Assembly (NCBI GenBank): GCA_015680685.1
Contig: MNCI01002813.1
Coordinates: forward strand, 1,566,287-1,630,286
Length of the DNA stretch: 64,000 nucleotides
Reading direction: 5' to 3'
Source: Gnetum montanum
Taxonomy: Eukaryota; Plantae; Gnetophyta
Part shown: piece by piece, positions 13,313-24,619 of the stretch
Position numbering within the stretch: the first letter of the stretch is position 1
How the letters are laid out: each line of letters opens with the position of its first letter
Notes under the pieces: generated by a model
Seen by the model: the letters and a program-made list of their open reading frames with translations, nothing else
Database searches by the model: none
What the model was told of the DNA's origin: nothing
Program-made: the position numbers and the translations under genes

Positions 13313-13531
13313 TATCATCGTCATCTTGCTGTCTTTATCCCATCAACATTGGCTACCCTGTTATGTTAGATGAAGGATTTGATGCTGATCTACTATAGCC
13401 AGCTATCTACCTAATACCATACTCCTTAACGAATATTTTTATTAACCCCAGATGGCATGTGTCTCAGCATACCCCTTGGGATCAAACTTGTGACTTGCAC
13501 ACCACAAGCAACATGCTTTAGCCAAGTGAGA
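13313..13531 (-). mobile_element. tRNA-derived SINE, family C, with RTE-like 3' end
   Basis: Minus strand ctcacttggctaaagcatgttgc...caagtttgatcccaaggggtatgctgagacacatgcca matches 23117-23278. It ends gtagccaatgttgatgggataaag...gatgacgatgat. Confidence 0.7.
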
Positions 13532-13544
13532 TATTTCTCACAGA

Positions 13545-13590
13545 CATCATCATCACAGCCTTGTGCCAACAAAATGGGGCCAGCTAATTT
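13545..13590 (-). mobile_element. RTE 3'-terminal fragment
   Basis: Minus strand tagctggccccattttgttggcacaaggctgtgatgatgatg is the RTE stem-loop plus GAT tail. Confidence 0.7.
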
Positions 13591-16500
13591 AAATATTTTA
13601 ATTGTATTTCCAAACCCCAAAAAAAGAGGGCTGGGAATTGAAAATAAGATCTCCCCTTACCAATCCAAATACCAATATAAATAACAGAATGGAAAATGGG
13701 ATCATCAAAAGTCTGTTAGGAACCAAATTCATATGGGTAACCAAAGTTTCAAAATCAAATGGCATGTTAAAAACCATTCACAAAGGTCAAGTAAACTCTG
13801 GATGCTCTTAAAACCTTGTGAAATAAAGCATGAAAAAATATCATATAAATTATAGCTCCCCAGAAGCCATCGGAAGAAAATGATTGGAATAATCACAGTT
13901 TGCATGCAGAATTTATTTCCTACAATAATATAAAGATTTTTTTTCTGAGTGAAACATAGAAATTCTGTGTTCAATTATTTGGCATTTCCTGCTCTATGTT
14001 ATTCGGATCCTCGTAACTAGCATCAACATCCTCCCAACCAGTGTCATTCTCCAAAGAAAACAGTATCAGAAGTAGAATAAATCAATAGATCTTGGAAGAT
14101 ACACTTCCTATAAGCATAATTATGAGGCATTGGTGAACAAAGGTTTCAAAGTAAAGACAAATATGAGAAATTTACCCAAGGCAATAAATTTTAAAATCAA
14201 AATTTGTTTAAATCTTGGTTACCAGTACTCTATTTATCCCAAGCATTTTAATGCTAAGGAATTGTCATTAGCACATTAGGGTTTTTGAATGTAAAGTGCA
14301 CAAGGGAATACCCAATGCAGTTCCTTAAATTATTTTATCGATGTTTTTAAGTAATATGAGTAACGATTATGTATGTGAGCCTATAAGTAATTACTTTTCT
14401 TGCAAGAGATAAACACACTTATAATTTAGCTACTTGATGCATCGAAAGTAAAAACGAAGAGAAAGATAAGAATTTTTTGCTACAAGACCACCTTTGAGGC
14501 TAAATTATTAAAACTTGCACAAATATTTAAGGGTTTTCTCGGAGTAAAATAACTCTTGAACTTTCACATCCTATTATAACAAGAATTATGATGTTACAAT
14601 TAGAAATTTCCTCATTCATTAGTCTCCATAATTTGGTTCACAATTACGAAATGCTTACACAACTTCCTCAGAACAAGCAATTGCAAAAAGCAAAGCCGCA
14701 ATAGATACCAACCCCCAGCTCCAAAAGGAAGAAACGCAATATATGGGCCTCTCTCAATGCAAGCATTTGGATTACTCACATCAATAAAAGCTCTCCAAAT
14801 TTCTGCTCACAATTACCATCAATACTCTTAATCTACTCCCAATTACCACTCTCATTTCACTCCATCGATTACTAGTATAACTCACATTGCCACTTTCATT
14901 CACTCAGATCACTCTCAATTAAATTGCTTACAGTTATTCCCAACATCATTTAAAGGCCATCGCCATTTTTTCATATTAATTTCAGGTCAAAAATCCCAAG
15001 GATCAACGCACAATGAACATTTTCATTTCACATTCAAAAAGATGAACAGGCTGATATGGGGTCAATCTTTCAAGCCCTATCTTTCATATCAGCTTTGATT
15101 CAATGTCCTTTAAACTTTGCAGGCAAATAGATTTTAAGAAGACCTTTCTGAAAAAGTCCAAGATCATTTCAAGATTCATTTAGACGACCAAGATATTCTC
15201 CACCCCTAGTCCAGTGTGATCGCCTCCTACTAGCCCCACACTAATGACCTGCATCTTTCAAGCTTCCTGAACAACCTTCAAGCATGCCTACCTCACATTA
15301 AAATTTGCGATACAATTGGGATTTGGGATTTTTTATTAAGGCAACCCCATTGCAAATCACACCGAGGTCACATCCCTTTGCAAGCCTTTACCACCAAGGT
15401 CGCACCCTACACGTGTACTTTGAAATTGAAAAACCAACATTCATTGCCACTAGTAATGCACTTGCAATCGCCTCACAACCTCTGTTGATGAACTAGGATC
15501 TCCACCGTAACCCACGCCAATTTCATCACCAGCAAGAAATGACTCAGACCCATGGTCAACTCACAACCAAACTTTCTATAGACATTGGAAGATGTCATGA
15601 CTTGTGTTGCACTAGTCTTTAAAAATTTAGAGACTCACAGCCTCCTGGTGCTGCAGTAGTGTTAATATACGACCATCGAATTGTGCCAGAAATCAAGGAC
15701 ATCAACCCACAATATTCTAACATTCATCAGTGCCCACGACCTTCTAGAACTTAAACCCACGTCACGATTAATTCAAAAAGATTTCCTCAGCGCTAAATTC
15801 CAGATCCAAAACATCTGCATGGATCCTTGATTCACCACACTCACTCCAACAAAATGATATCAGAGTTGTAAGGTTCAGAAAATCAGAATTTGAGGATAAC
15901 TTCCAAAGGGATTCCAAAGTGTTCCATGATCTCCAGTGGGTCCCAAGAATTCAGCCTATGGACCCGAATGATGAACAGGTTGCTTAAGCACAATGAATGC
16001 TGGGACATAACAGAGAAAGGATTTGATTTTGTTGTATCAGCTGTGCCCAAATTAATGAATATGAAGCCAATAAGAAACAGAACAATTTAGCCCGCTTGAT
16101 TATTACCGGCAAAGTTTCAAAAATCATTTCATCTAGACATTTCCGTTTCAACACATACAAAGAAGCATGGATAAATTCCAACATGATTATAAAGGCAACT
16201 TCAAAAATCAACAAATCTAAGAGTTACTTTTCAAGCAAGAATTTAACAAATTAATAATTAAAAGGAATGAACGTATAGAAGATTTCATTGTTAGAATGTA
16301 TAATTATATAAGGAGGATTGAAAAATATGGTTGTCGACACTCAAAGGCAAAAGGTTCAAAAGGTAGTTCAAGCTTTATATAATGATCTTGGTTATCAAAA
16401 CATATCATACAAACTAAAGACTTCCACATGTTTTGTGTTGGATGAGATTGTTGCACAGACCAAAACATTAAAGACCTTAGAATCAACCATCACAATCAAA

Positions 16501-16669
16501 ATCCAAGCATATTTTACTAACTCTAAAGCAAAAGGCACATGAAATTTTCAAAATTATCAGCACCAAAGCAACCAAAATACATCAGCAAATCAAATTCAAC
16601 ATCAACAGCAATTCTAATGAAGGTAGATCAGAAGCACAATGAGATGTTAGCTTAATGGTAAAAGTCTTC

Positions 16670-17284
16670 ACTGAGCCCTCGCGCAGGCCCGGCCGACCTA
16701 GAAGCCCAGTTCGCTGAGCGCAGGCAGGAACGGGTAAGGCAGCAGGACCTCATGGCTGAAGCTGCCAAGGCCCACTTCATTGACGAAATCAGGGCCCAAG
16801 TGAGGGAAGAATTGACCCAAGAGGAAGAGGCCCAGAGACGACGTGAGCAAGCGGAGTGGGCGGAGCAAGAGCGGCTTCAAGAGGAGGAAGACCAGCGACA
16901 GCGACAGCTTGACCGCGCCCACGAGCATAACACCAGACAGTGGCTAAGAGGGGGGTGATGCCCATACCTTATTCTTGGCATCAGCTGTGAGAGCTCCTGG
17001 ACTGAACTCATATGGCATATCTGCCAAACCTCGGCATGCTGCCACCCAAATGCGGGAGCTTCACAGGCGGACAAGAGTAGATGGGAGTCAGCTATGCAGG
17101 GCATCCAACAAGCGGCCAGTTTTATGGACACGGAGGATCATCGGAACACTCTAGATATGGGAGTCAGCTATGCAGGGCATCCAACAAGCGGCCAGTTTTA
17201 TGGACACGGAGGATCATCGGAACACTCTAGATATCCTCCACAAGCTGGAGCGCCCCAACTGTGCCTGCCGACGAACCCTTAGAG
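16670..17284 (+). pseudogene. GC-rich coiled-coil plus J-domain-like ORF fragment inserted in copia A
   Basis: Reading through TGA 16956-16958: ...QVREELTQEEEAQRRREQ...HEHNTRQWLRGG*CPYLILGISCESSWTELIWHICQTSACCHPNAGASQADKSRWESAMQGIQQAASFMDTEDHRNTLD. Homologous to 20366-19587. Confidence 0.65.
17081..17234. repeat. Perfect 76-bp tandem duplication
   Basis: atgggagtcagctatg...aacactctagat starts at 17081 and again at 17157. Confidence 0.95.
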
Positions 17285-17303
17285 GTGTATTCAGACTTAA
17301 AAG

Positions 17304-17520
17304 TTCAGACTTAATCCAAACCTTGAAAAACATAAAAGTGGACACTAGCAACTATTTGCAAATTTAAGGTGTAGGGGAGATAGCATTCATGCTAGTGGTT
17401 GCTCAAAACACCTGAAACCACACAAAGATTGCTTAAAAAATTTCAGACTTAATCCAAACCTTGAAAACATCAAAGTAGACAACAGCAATATTTGCAAACT
17501 GAAGGTGTCAGGGAGATAAC
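17304..17520. repeat. Imperfect ~85-bp duplication of the copia protease segment
   Basis: ttcagacttaatccaaaccttgaaaa...aaggtgt...ggagata occurs at ~17304 and ~17442. Confidence 0.75.
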
Positions 17521-19298
17521 AACCAAGCTACCCAATGGCTTCATTATAACGGTAAGTGATGTATTCTATGTACCTAATCTTTCAAACTCTCTACTGTCAA
17601 TTACTTAGATGGTAATGAAGAGAAATAATGTTAAACTTCACCATGATATGTGTACCATAACCAAGCCTAATGGAGCCCTAATTACTAAAGTTAAAACACT
17701 CAAGAACCAGATTTATTGTTTGGTGGCAATAACAATTTTTGTAGGAGAAGAAAAAACAGATTTCAGCAAGCCCAAATTTCTCAAAAAATCATACTCAAGT
17801 ACGTCATGAAGCTATGACCCAAATTCAGTACAAAAATCAGAATCAATATCACCAAAAAAATCAGACTACAAATCAGAAAATCAAAGATGAAGATCAGCCT
17901 AGGATGTGACATTGGAGACTAGGCCACACATCATAAAATAACATTTAGAAGATGACCAAGCAAGAAAAAGCAATTGGGCTGAAATCAGCGATATTCCAAA
18001 TCAAAAAAGTGAGGTATGTATCCAATGCAAACAAACTTCATCTCCTCATATTTCTCATATGTTAATGAACGATACATCATTTGAACTTTTGCACATGGAT
18101 TCGGTTGAACCTATGTCTACCATTACATTAGGAAGAGCTACGCACTTTATGGTAATTGTTGATGATTGCACTCACTATACATGGACTTATAATTTGAAAA
18201 CAAGACGAAGCATTTTCTATTTTTGAGGTTTTTCATAAATTAATTGAAAATAAATTAAGTTCTAATGGGAAAGCAATTAGATCTGATTGTGGAACTGAGT
18301 TCATCAATAAGGAATTTGATCAATATTGCAAGCAATATGGCATTTTAGAGCAATTCACCCCAAAGTAATGGAACCGCTGAAAGAAGAAATAGCAATCTTC
18401 AAAAAATATGCAAGTACATGCTTCTCTATCAGATGAATATTGCAATCAAGCAATTCACATGACATCTTACATTATCAATATGCTAACTTCAAGCACAAAC
18501 AAAGGGCAAACAAACTTCTCTCTAGCAAGGTACCTAATGTTTCACACATAAAAAATATTTGCTTGTCATTGTTATGTCAAAATTCCAAAGCAATTTTTAG
18601 ACAAGTTGAGCAATAGAGGCTAGAAATGCATTTTTCTTGGTTATGATTCAAAAACTAAGGGCTACAAATGTTATAATACTATTGAGTCCAAGTGGCACAT
18701 GTCTAGGGATGTTATATTTGATGAATTTAATTTGAACTTTCTGATTTTAAAGGAAAATCTCAGTAATCAGAATCTATATATAATTCAAGACCAAAGGCTT
18801 AAAAAGACCATCTTCATTTAAAATGCTTGATACTATTTTTGAGAAAAGAACTGCAAGACCTCAGGACATATCTAATATTGCATATTCAACTTTATCAAAT
18901 AAGCCATCAAAAAATTGAAGAAGACAGAAGCATCAAAGTGTCATCATGAGGAACAACACATGGGAGTTGGTTGACAAGTTGACAAGCAAGAAGACCGTTG
19001 ATTGTAAATGATTGTTCAAGACAATCTACAATGACAAAGGTGATGTGACAACACATAAAGCAAGATTAATGGTGAGAGGATTCAAGCAAAAGGAGCACAT
19101 TGATTACAAAGAAATATTTGCACTGACCGTCAGGTTTGAAATGATCAAACTAATTCTTTCTATTGCTGTCCATCATGAATTAAAATTACATCAAATGGAT
19201 GTCAATTAAGCATTTCTAAATGGAGTCTTAGATAAAGAAGTTTATGTCTAACAAACTGAAGGATATGTGAAGAAAGGATGAGAACATAAGGTATGCAA

Positions 19299-22200
19299 TT
19301 TTTTTTTAAAGGTCGGAGTTTTTATTATTATAAAATCAGGAAGCAGTGTATGTACAATCTGAAAGGTGGGGAGGGGAAACCCCTCCCAGAAAGCAAAAGT
19401 GGGGGTAAAGACCCCCCTAGCAAAACTCTCAGGGGATAGATCTCCCCCAAACCAAAAGAAAACAAAACACACAAAGGACCACGAAATACCCTAAGCAGTA
19501 CCAAACAAAAACCTTCCAGATTGGGGCAAGTGGACCCCCCAAAACATCACCGTGCCCCACAATGCACCCCACTCCAAAACCCAACCCTAAAGGGGTCTTG
19601 GCAGCCTTGTGCAAGAGAAGCACACCCTTTTCTGGGCATGAATGGCATCTAGGATGGTTCTATGATATTCAGACATCAAAAAAGCAACAACCTCCTGGAA
19701 TTGCTTGTACTATTCTTCTTGTTGCTTGCACTCCTCAACTCCCAACCCACTAGCCCCATCAAGAAGTATGCCTGCGGTAATCCAGATGAATCTGTGCAAG
19801 GCATGCCAAGTAGCATTTCAATTGACATTCATGACGATGTATGGGCAACATCCCATTTGTAGCCAAGGACGAACATTTAACTCATGCACCACATCTTGGT
19901 TTCGCTTCATTTGTTGTTCTTCTAGCAAGTCCCTGACATGTTGTTCCTCTTCTTCTTCAGCCCTTCTTTTGCACTCATGCTCTTCCTTGAGCAATTCCTC
20001 CTTTATTTGTGTACACAAGGTATCTTCCAATTTGTTCCTAATGACAGCCTCCCTCAAATCTCGTTGGCATCTTTCCTCCTTGGAAGCCTCTAAGTGGCGT
20101 TGTTCTTCCTGCTCAGCATGCAACCGTTGCTCCTATTTGCACTTATACAGCTATGCCTCCCAAGCCCTCTCTTCCTTGTGCACCCTAGCCTCCACCTCAA
20201 CAATGGCCCTTCCAAGGTCCTCCTCGTATTTCATCTATAAATCCTAGTAGATCGCTTTTGCAGCCTGCATGATCTACTCTTGCACATCAGACGATTGGTC
20301 TATTACAAACTCCTACCAATCCAAGCCAAATCCATCTCCCACCCCTCCCACAACACCACACACCATCGATGCCAAGGAAGAGGAAGCCCCTTCAATATTC
20401 CTACATTGCTCATAAATAGTCATGAAAGGCAAAGGCCAAGTCAGTGGCAAGTGCAATGGTTGGGCAGCCCACCAAAAGGCCAAAATGAGGCCCCTTGTGA
20501 TCCCTATGTAGGAAAGCCAAAAGAAATTTCAGCATGTTAGCCTAGCAACCAAGCCACAGACACTTCAAGAAGGCAAAGAGAGCTCCCTGCAATTTCCAAA
20601 CATTTCCAAACTGCACAAAATAGCAATCCACTAACTCTATAGCTTCCTACTAGAGCTATGGCCACATTGACTTTGGGACTTGCCCATTGCCCATCTTCGG
20701 CACTGGCCAATAAAAGAAACCTTTAGCATCCTGCAGCCGGTGACCCATGGGCAAGACAACCTCCCCATCCTTTGGTGCCCCCAAGTACCATACAATAGCC
20801 ACGTCAATCAACGAAATATGGACACCACGAAACATTGTGGAGTCTCCTCTCCACCATTTGTAGAAGGACCTGTCAACAAGGTCGAGGTCTCCCACGAGCA
20901 AGGGTAGAAGGTCGGCCCAACGCACCCACATCACCATATCCCAAAGTTCCCAGTTGCTCTAGAAGTTCTCACATTCGGGCTCATATGTAGGGGTCACACC
21001 CATTACCGCCACCACCTCCTTCCACAGTCATAGCCCAAGGAGTGCAACCTACATCAGCAGCTTAAACGATGTCGACCTAAAGATACGTTCATTGTGAACT
21101 TTCCAGAGGCACCAAAGAATGGTGGCAACATGTGCATCACCATGCAAGCACAGGGGCAGCTAAATGGTAGCAACCCTCCAAACAGTGGCAGCAAACAGGA
21201 AAAGATAGGCAAATGATGGATCATTTCCTCCGCAGTACAACAAAGATGGCAAGTGTCACTTAATTGTAATCTGTGCTCCTGCAATAATGACTGCACCAGC
21301 AACACGCCTAGGAAAATGAGCCAAATAAAACATTTAATCTTTTCTAGTAGGTGGCCCACCAACCAAGAACAGTAAGGTATTTGTGCTTGATGATGTCACA
21401 TGGCTGCATTCTCGACATTCCCCATTGAGTCACCTTATGTGCATGATTGCAAAGGTTACACCAAATGCGAGAATCCCATGGGTCTGTGAGCCAAGGCTAA
21501 TATTTGTTCCTAAGTATAGGTACCCATTGTGCTAAGTAGTTATCATTCTGCATAAATCTGTATATGATCCCTTGATGTCATATCAGGATTGCATCGTCAA
21601 ACTTCAACACCCCCAAACCCCCTGCTGATTTTGGTCTAGCAATCCTCTCCCTAGATACAAGGTGCATCTGTTCACCCCCTTTTCATTTGGACCAAATAAA
21701 ATTTTGAATAATTTGATCCACTTTGTTAATGACAGCTTTCAGAGGAATGGGTACAGAGGTAGAAAATCTAGCAATGGTGGACAAGACCAAAGTTGCCAAG
21801 ATGATCTTTCCTTTTTTTGTGAGGAAGCACAAAGTCCAATGCCCCACTATGAAAGAATTAGTGCACACTAAAGGTTGTACGGTTGTACAACATGATTACT
21901 TGTGCCACAAATAGCACAAAATTCAGTGACCCGATGCTAGGTTGGAATAGGCTTGCCCACTAAGACATTTTCATAATCAATTAATATTTTCTCTTCCTAC
22001 ACTAGATCCATTGGGAAGAGCAACCTCCACATGCAAAACCTCGCAAACCCCATCCGCTCCTTTGACTTTGTGAACTTGTCAAAGGTAATCAACTCCCTAA
22101 AAAATCCCACAAATGTCTTCAAGCAATCCACAGTCCAAAGTTCCCACGAAAACCCAAAGATCTACACCTAGATGAGAGCCCTAGAGAACAAGGTTGGATC

Positions 22201-22756
22201 CTGATGCACCCTTGGCCACCAATGCATAAAGGCCAGGCCCCTTGCCCTGAAAAACCATGGCCCTCCCAATAACACATGGTCCCTATCCTCCAAACACTAG
22301 AAAACGAAGGGCACGAAGTCACCAATAAGTGACCAAACTTGCACATCACTTAGCCCCCACGACACATTCACCCAGCATTTGATATGCTCCAACTTGGGCC
22401 ACCCTCCAAAGGAAACAAATTTTCTGACGAGACTTAACTCCATGGTGTGTAGACCCTCTAGCGACGAACCCAACATCTACAACCTCATGGTCCCTTCATT
22501 CCACAAGCAAGCATCAATACCTCCGTCCCCAAGATGCCAACTTGTAGTTCCCCCTTTCCCACACCATGGCCAACCCTATCTATCCCCTTCTTTGGCTCTC
22601 TGTTATCTCAAAGGTGAGCAAACAACCTACCCTCCATCCTCCCATTCACTTCCCGTGCTTCACTGCCTTCCACTTCCATGACCTCCCCTTCTCCAAAATT
22701 TTGATTCAACAACCCCATTTTATTGACAAGTCATTGTTAAAGGATTTGTTTAATTC
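19299..22756 (-). mobile_element. Internally deleted L1 LINE nested in the copia A RT
   Basis: ORF1 DUF4283-type motifs (RDHVLLGGPWFFRGK, WELWT, DKFTKSKERMGFARF; ~22450-22020). ORF2 C-terminus (VDQIIQNFIWSK, PKSAGGLG, zf-RVT KIKCFIWL..TCHLCCTAEEMIHHL). G/T-rich 3' UTR, aataataaa and A9 tail (T run 19299-19307). TSD taaggtatgcaa (19287-19298) / taagatatgcaa (22757-22768); removing the insert restores copia HKVCKLNKALYGLK. Confidence 0.85.
19587..20366 (-). pseudogene. Extra 260-codon ORF in the L1 3' region: coiled-coil plus J-domain-like C-terminus
   Basis: One frame from ATG 20366 to TAG 19589-19587 with no frameshift. Internal stops are TAG (one TGA), consistent with CAG/CGA deamination. 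C-terminus: NVRPWLQMGCCPYIVMNVN*NATWHALHRFIWITAGILLDG...YKQFQEVVAFLMSEYHRTILDAIH. Confidence 0.7.
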
Positions 22757-23116
22757 TAAGATATGCAAATTGAACAAGGCATTATATGGTCTTAAATAAG
22801 CTTCTAGGACATTGTTTCATTAGACGAATGATTTTTTTATTAAAAAAAATTACAAGCATACACATTTAAACCAACCTTTTAATATAACCATCTAGCATTG
22901 ATTTTATTACCATATCATTATATGTTAAAGGCTTCCACTTGTGACAATTGAATCAAAGAGTTCAAAGCTAATATGAAAACTGAATTTGAGATGAAAGATT
23001 TGAGAGAACTAAAATATTTTCTTGAAATCCAAGTTGATTAAGACAAGGAAGGCCTGAAAATTCACCAAACTAGGTATGCAAAATCAATCTTAGAAAAGTA
23101 TGAGATGTTAGAAGCT

Positions 23117-23278
23117 CATTTGGTTAGAGCATGTGGCTTATTGTCTACAAGTTACAAGTTTGATTGCAAGTTACAACTTCGATTCCAAGGGGGTATGCTG
23201 AAACATATGCCACCTTCAAAAACTATGGCATCAAGTAAATAGCTAGAGTGACATTGTCAAATCCAAAATGATGATGAT
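23117..23278 (+). mobile_element. tRNA-derived SINE, family C, inserted in the copia A RT
   Basis: tRNA-like head (gct)catttggttagagcatgtggctt...gttacaagtttgatt and (GAT)n tail. Perfect TSD atgttagaagct (23105-23116 / 23279-23290); excision restores ILEKYEMLEAKPANAPL. Confidence 0.85.
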
Positions 23279-24619
23279 ATGTTAGAAGCTAAGCCAGCCA
23301 ATGCTCCTCTTCCACAAAACATAAAATAAGAGTTGAAAGACAAGACTCCACTAGTAGATGCTTCACTATATAGAGGATGACTGCATCGCTGCTTTTTCTG
23401 TCACACACGACTTGATTTGGAACTTCTTGATTCATTCCTATATAAATTTATGCAAGAACCAAGGGCATCTCATCTTCATGCCCTTAAACGTGTGCTATGT
23501 TATGTCAAATAACCTATGACAATGGCCTAAAATTCATCAAAGAAGACAACAAACTATATGCATTTTCTAATGTCAAATGGGTTGGAGACAAGGATGATAG
23601 AAAATCTACTTCCAGTGCAATCATTTTTCATGAATAAAAAACAGAAAATAAAAATAAATAATAAATAACAAATAAAAAACATTTAAGTAAGTTTATTTAC
23701 CTATGAGGCTGAGCTAATAGCCATGGCTGAATGTGTTCAACACGTATTGTTGTGGTCAGAATAGCTGATTACTCAATTAGGATTCAAGATTGATTTTACC
23801 TATTGAATTACTATTTGCAAATCCTGCTGCACTCTTATATTGTCCAAAAAACATGTTCTACATAAAAAAAAATCGAAGCACAGTGACAGCAAATACTATT
23901 TTATCAAGCAAAAAGTCAAGAAAGGAAACATCAAGCCCAACCATGTTAACCAAGAGCCTACTACTATTCAGAATTGAGTAACTTAATGAAATCATTCATG
24001 TGACCAAAATTAAAGAACAAGATGAAGACAAGAAGACTCTTACCATGACATTGCATTCTACCCGAAAGTAGTGATTGTTAAAGAGAGTAAAACTGTAAGT
24101 CATGGATCTCAAGTTCAAGTTACATTTTGAGTAGGTTTCTTTGTAATTAGGGCCAAACCCATGTAACAATTTTTGTTTCAAAATATTATAAGCTCTCCGA
24201 CTTTCTACTCACCCTTACTCTCACTGCTCTCATTCTACTCACATTACCACTCACATTTACTCACAATAAACCACTCTCATTTCACTCACATTGATTACTC
24301 TCATTGCTCATATTGCTACTCGCATTCACTCACGTCACTCTCAATTAAATTACTTACAAGTATTCCCAACATCATTTACAAGTCATCATCATTGTTTCAT
24401 ATTAATTTCAGGTCAAAACTCCCAAGGATCAAGGTGCAAACAACAATATATTTCACATTCAAGGAGACAAACAGGCTGATTTGGAATCAACCTTTTGGGC
24501 ACCATCTTTTACATCAAACCAGATTGAATTTTCTTCAAACTTTGCAAGCAAGTAGCTTTTGAGAAAAATTTTCTAACAAGCCAAGATCACCTCAAGATTC
24601 ATTCAGATGTACTAAACTC

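Noticed and set aside
17081-17234. CRISPR-like array (also 34011-34271, 59497-59786)
   Set aside because: Plain tandem duplications without unique spacers, in a eukaryotic context.
19705-20247. 180-aa Ser/Cys-rich plus-strand ORF
   Set aside because: Antisense shadow of the Glu/Arg-rich minus-strand ORF.
22690-22756. Copia-like IQQPHFIDK peptide as an alternative L1 5' boundary
   Set aside because: The 12-bp TSD and the restored copia frame favour 22756, though a filler origin cannot be excluded.
23113-23190. tRNA gene
   Set aside because: No complete cloverleaf; the body, GAT tail and TSD indicate a SINE. The same applies to the other tRNA-like heads.
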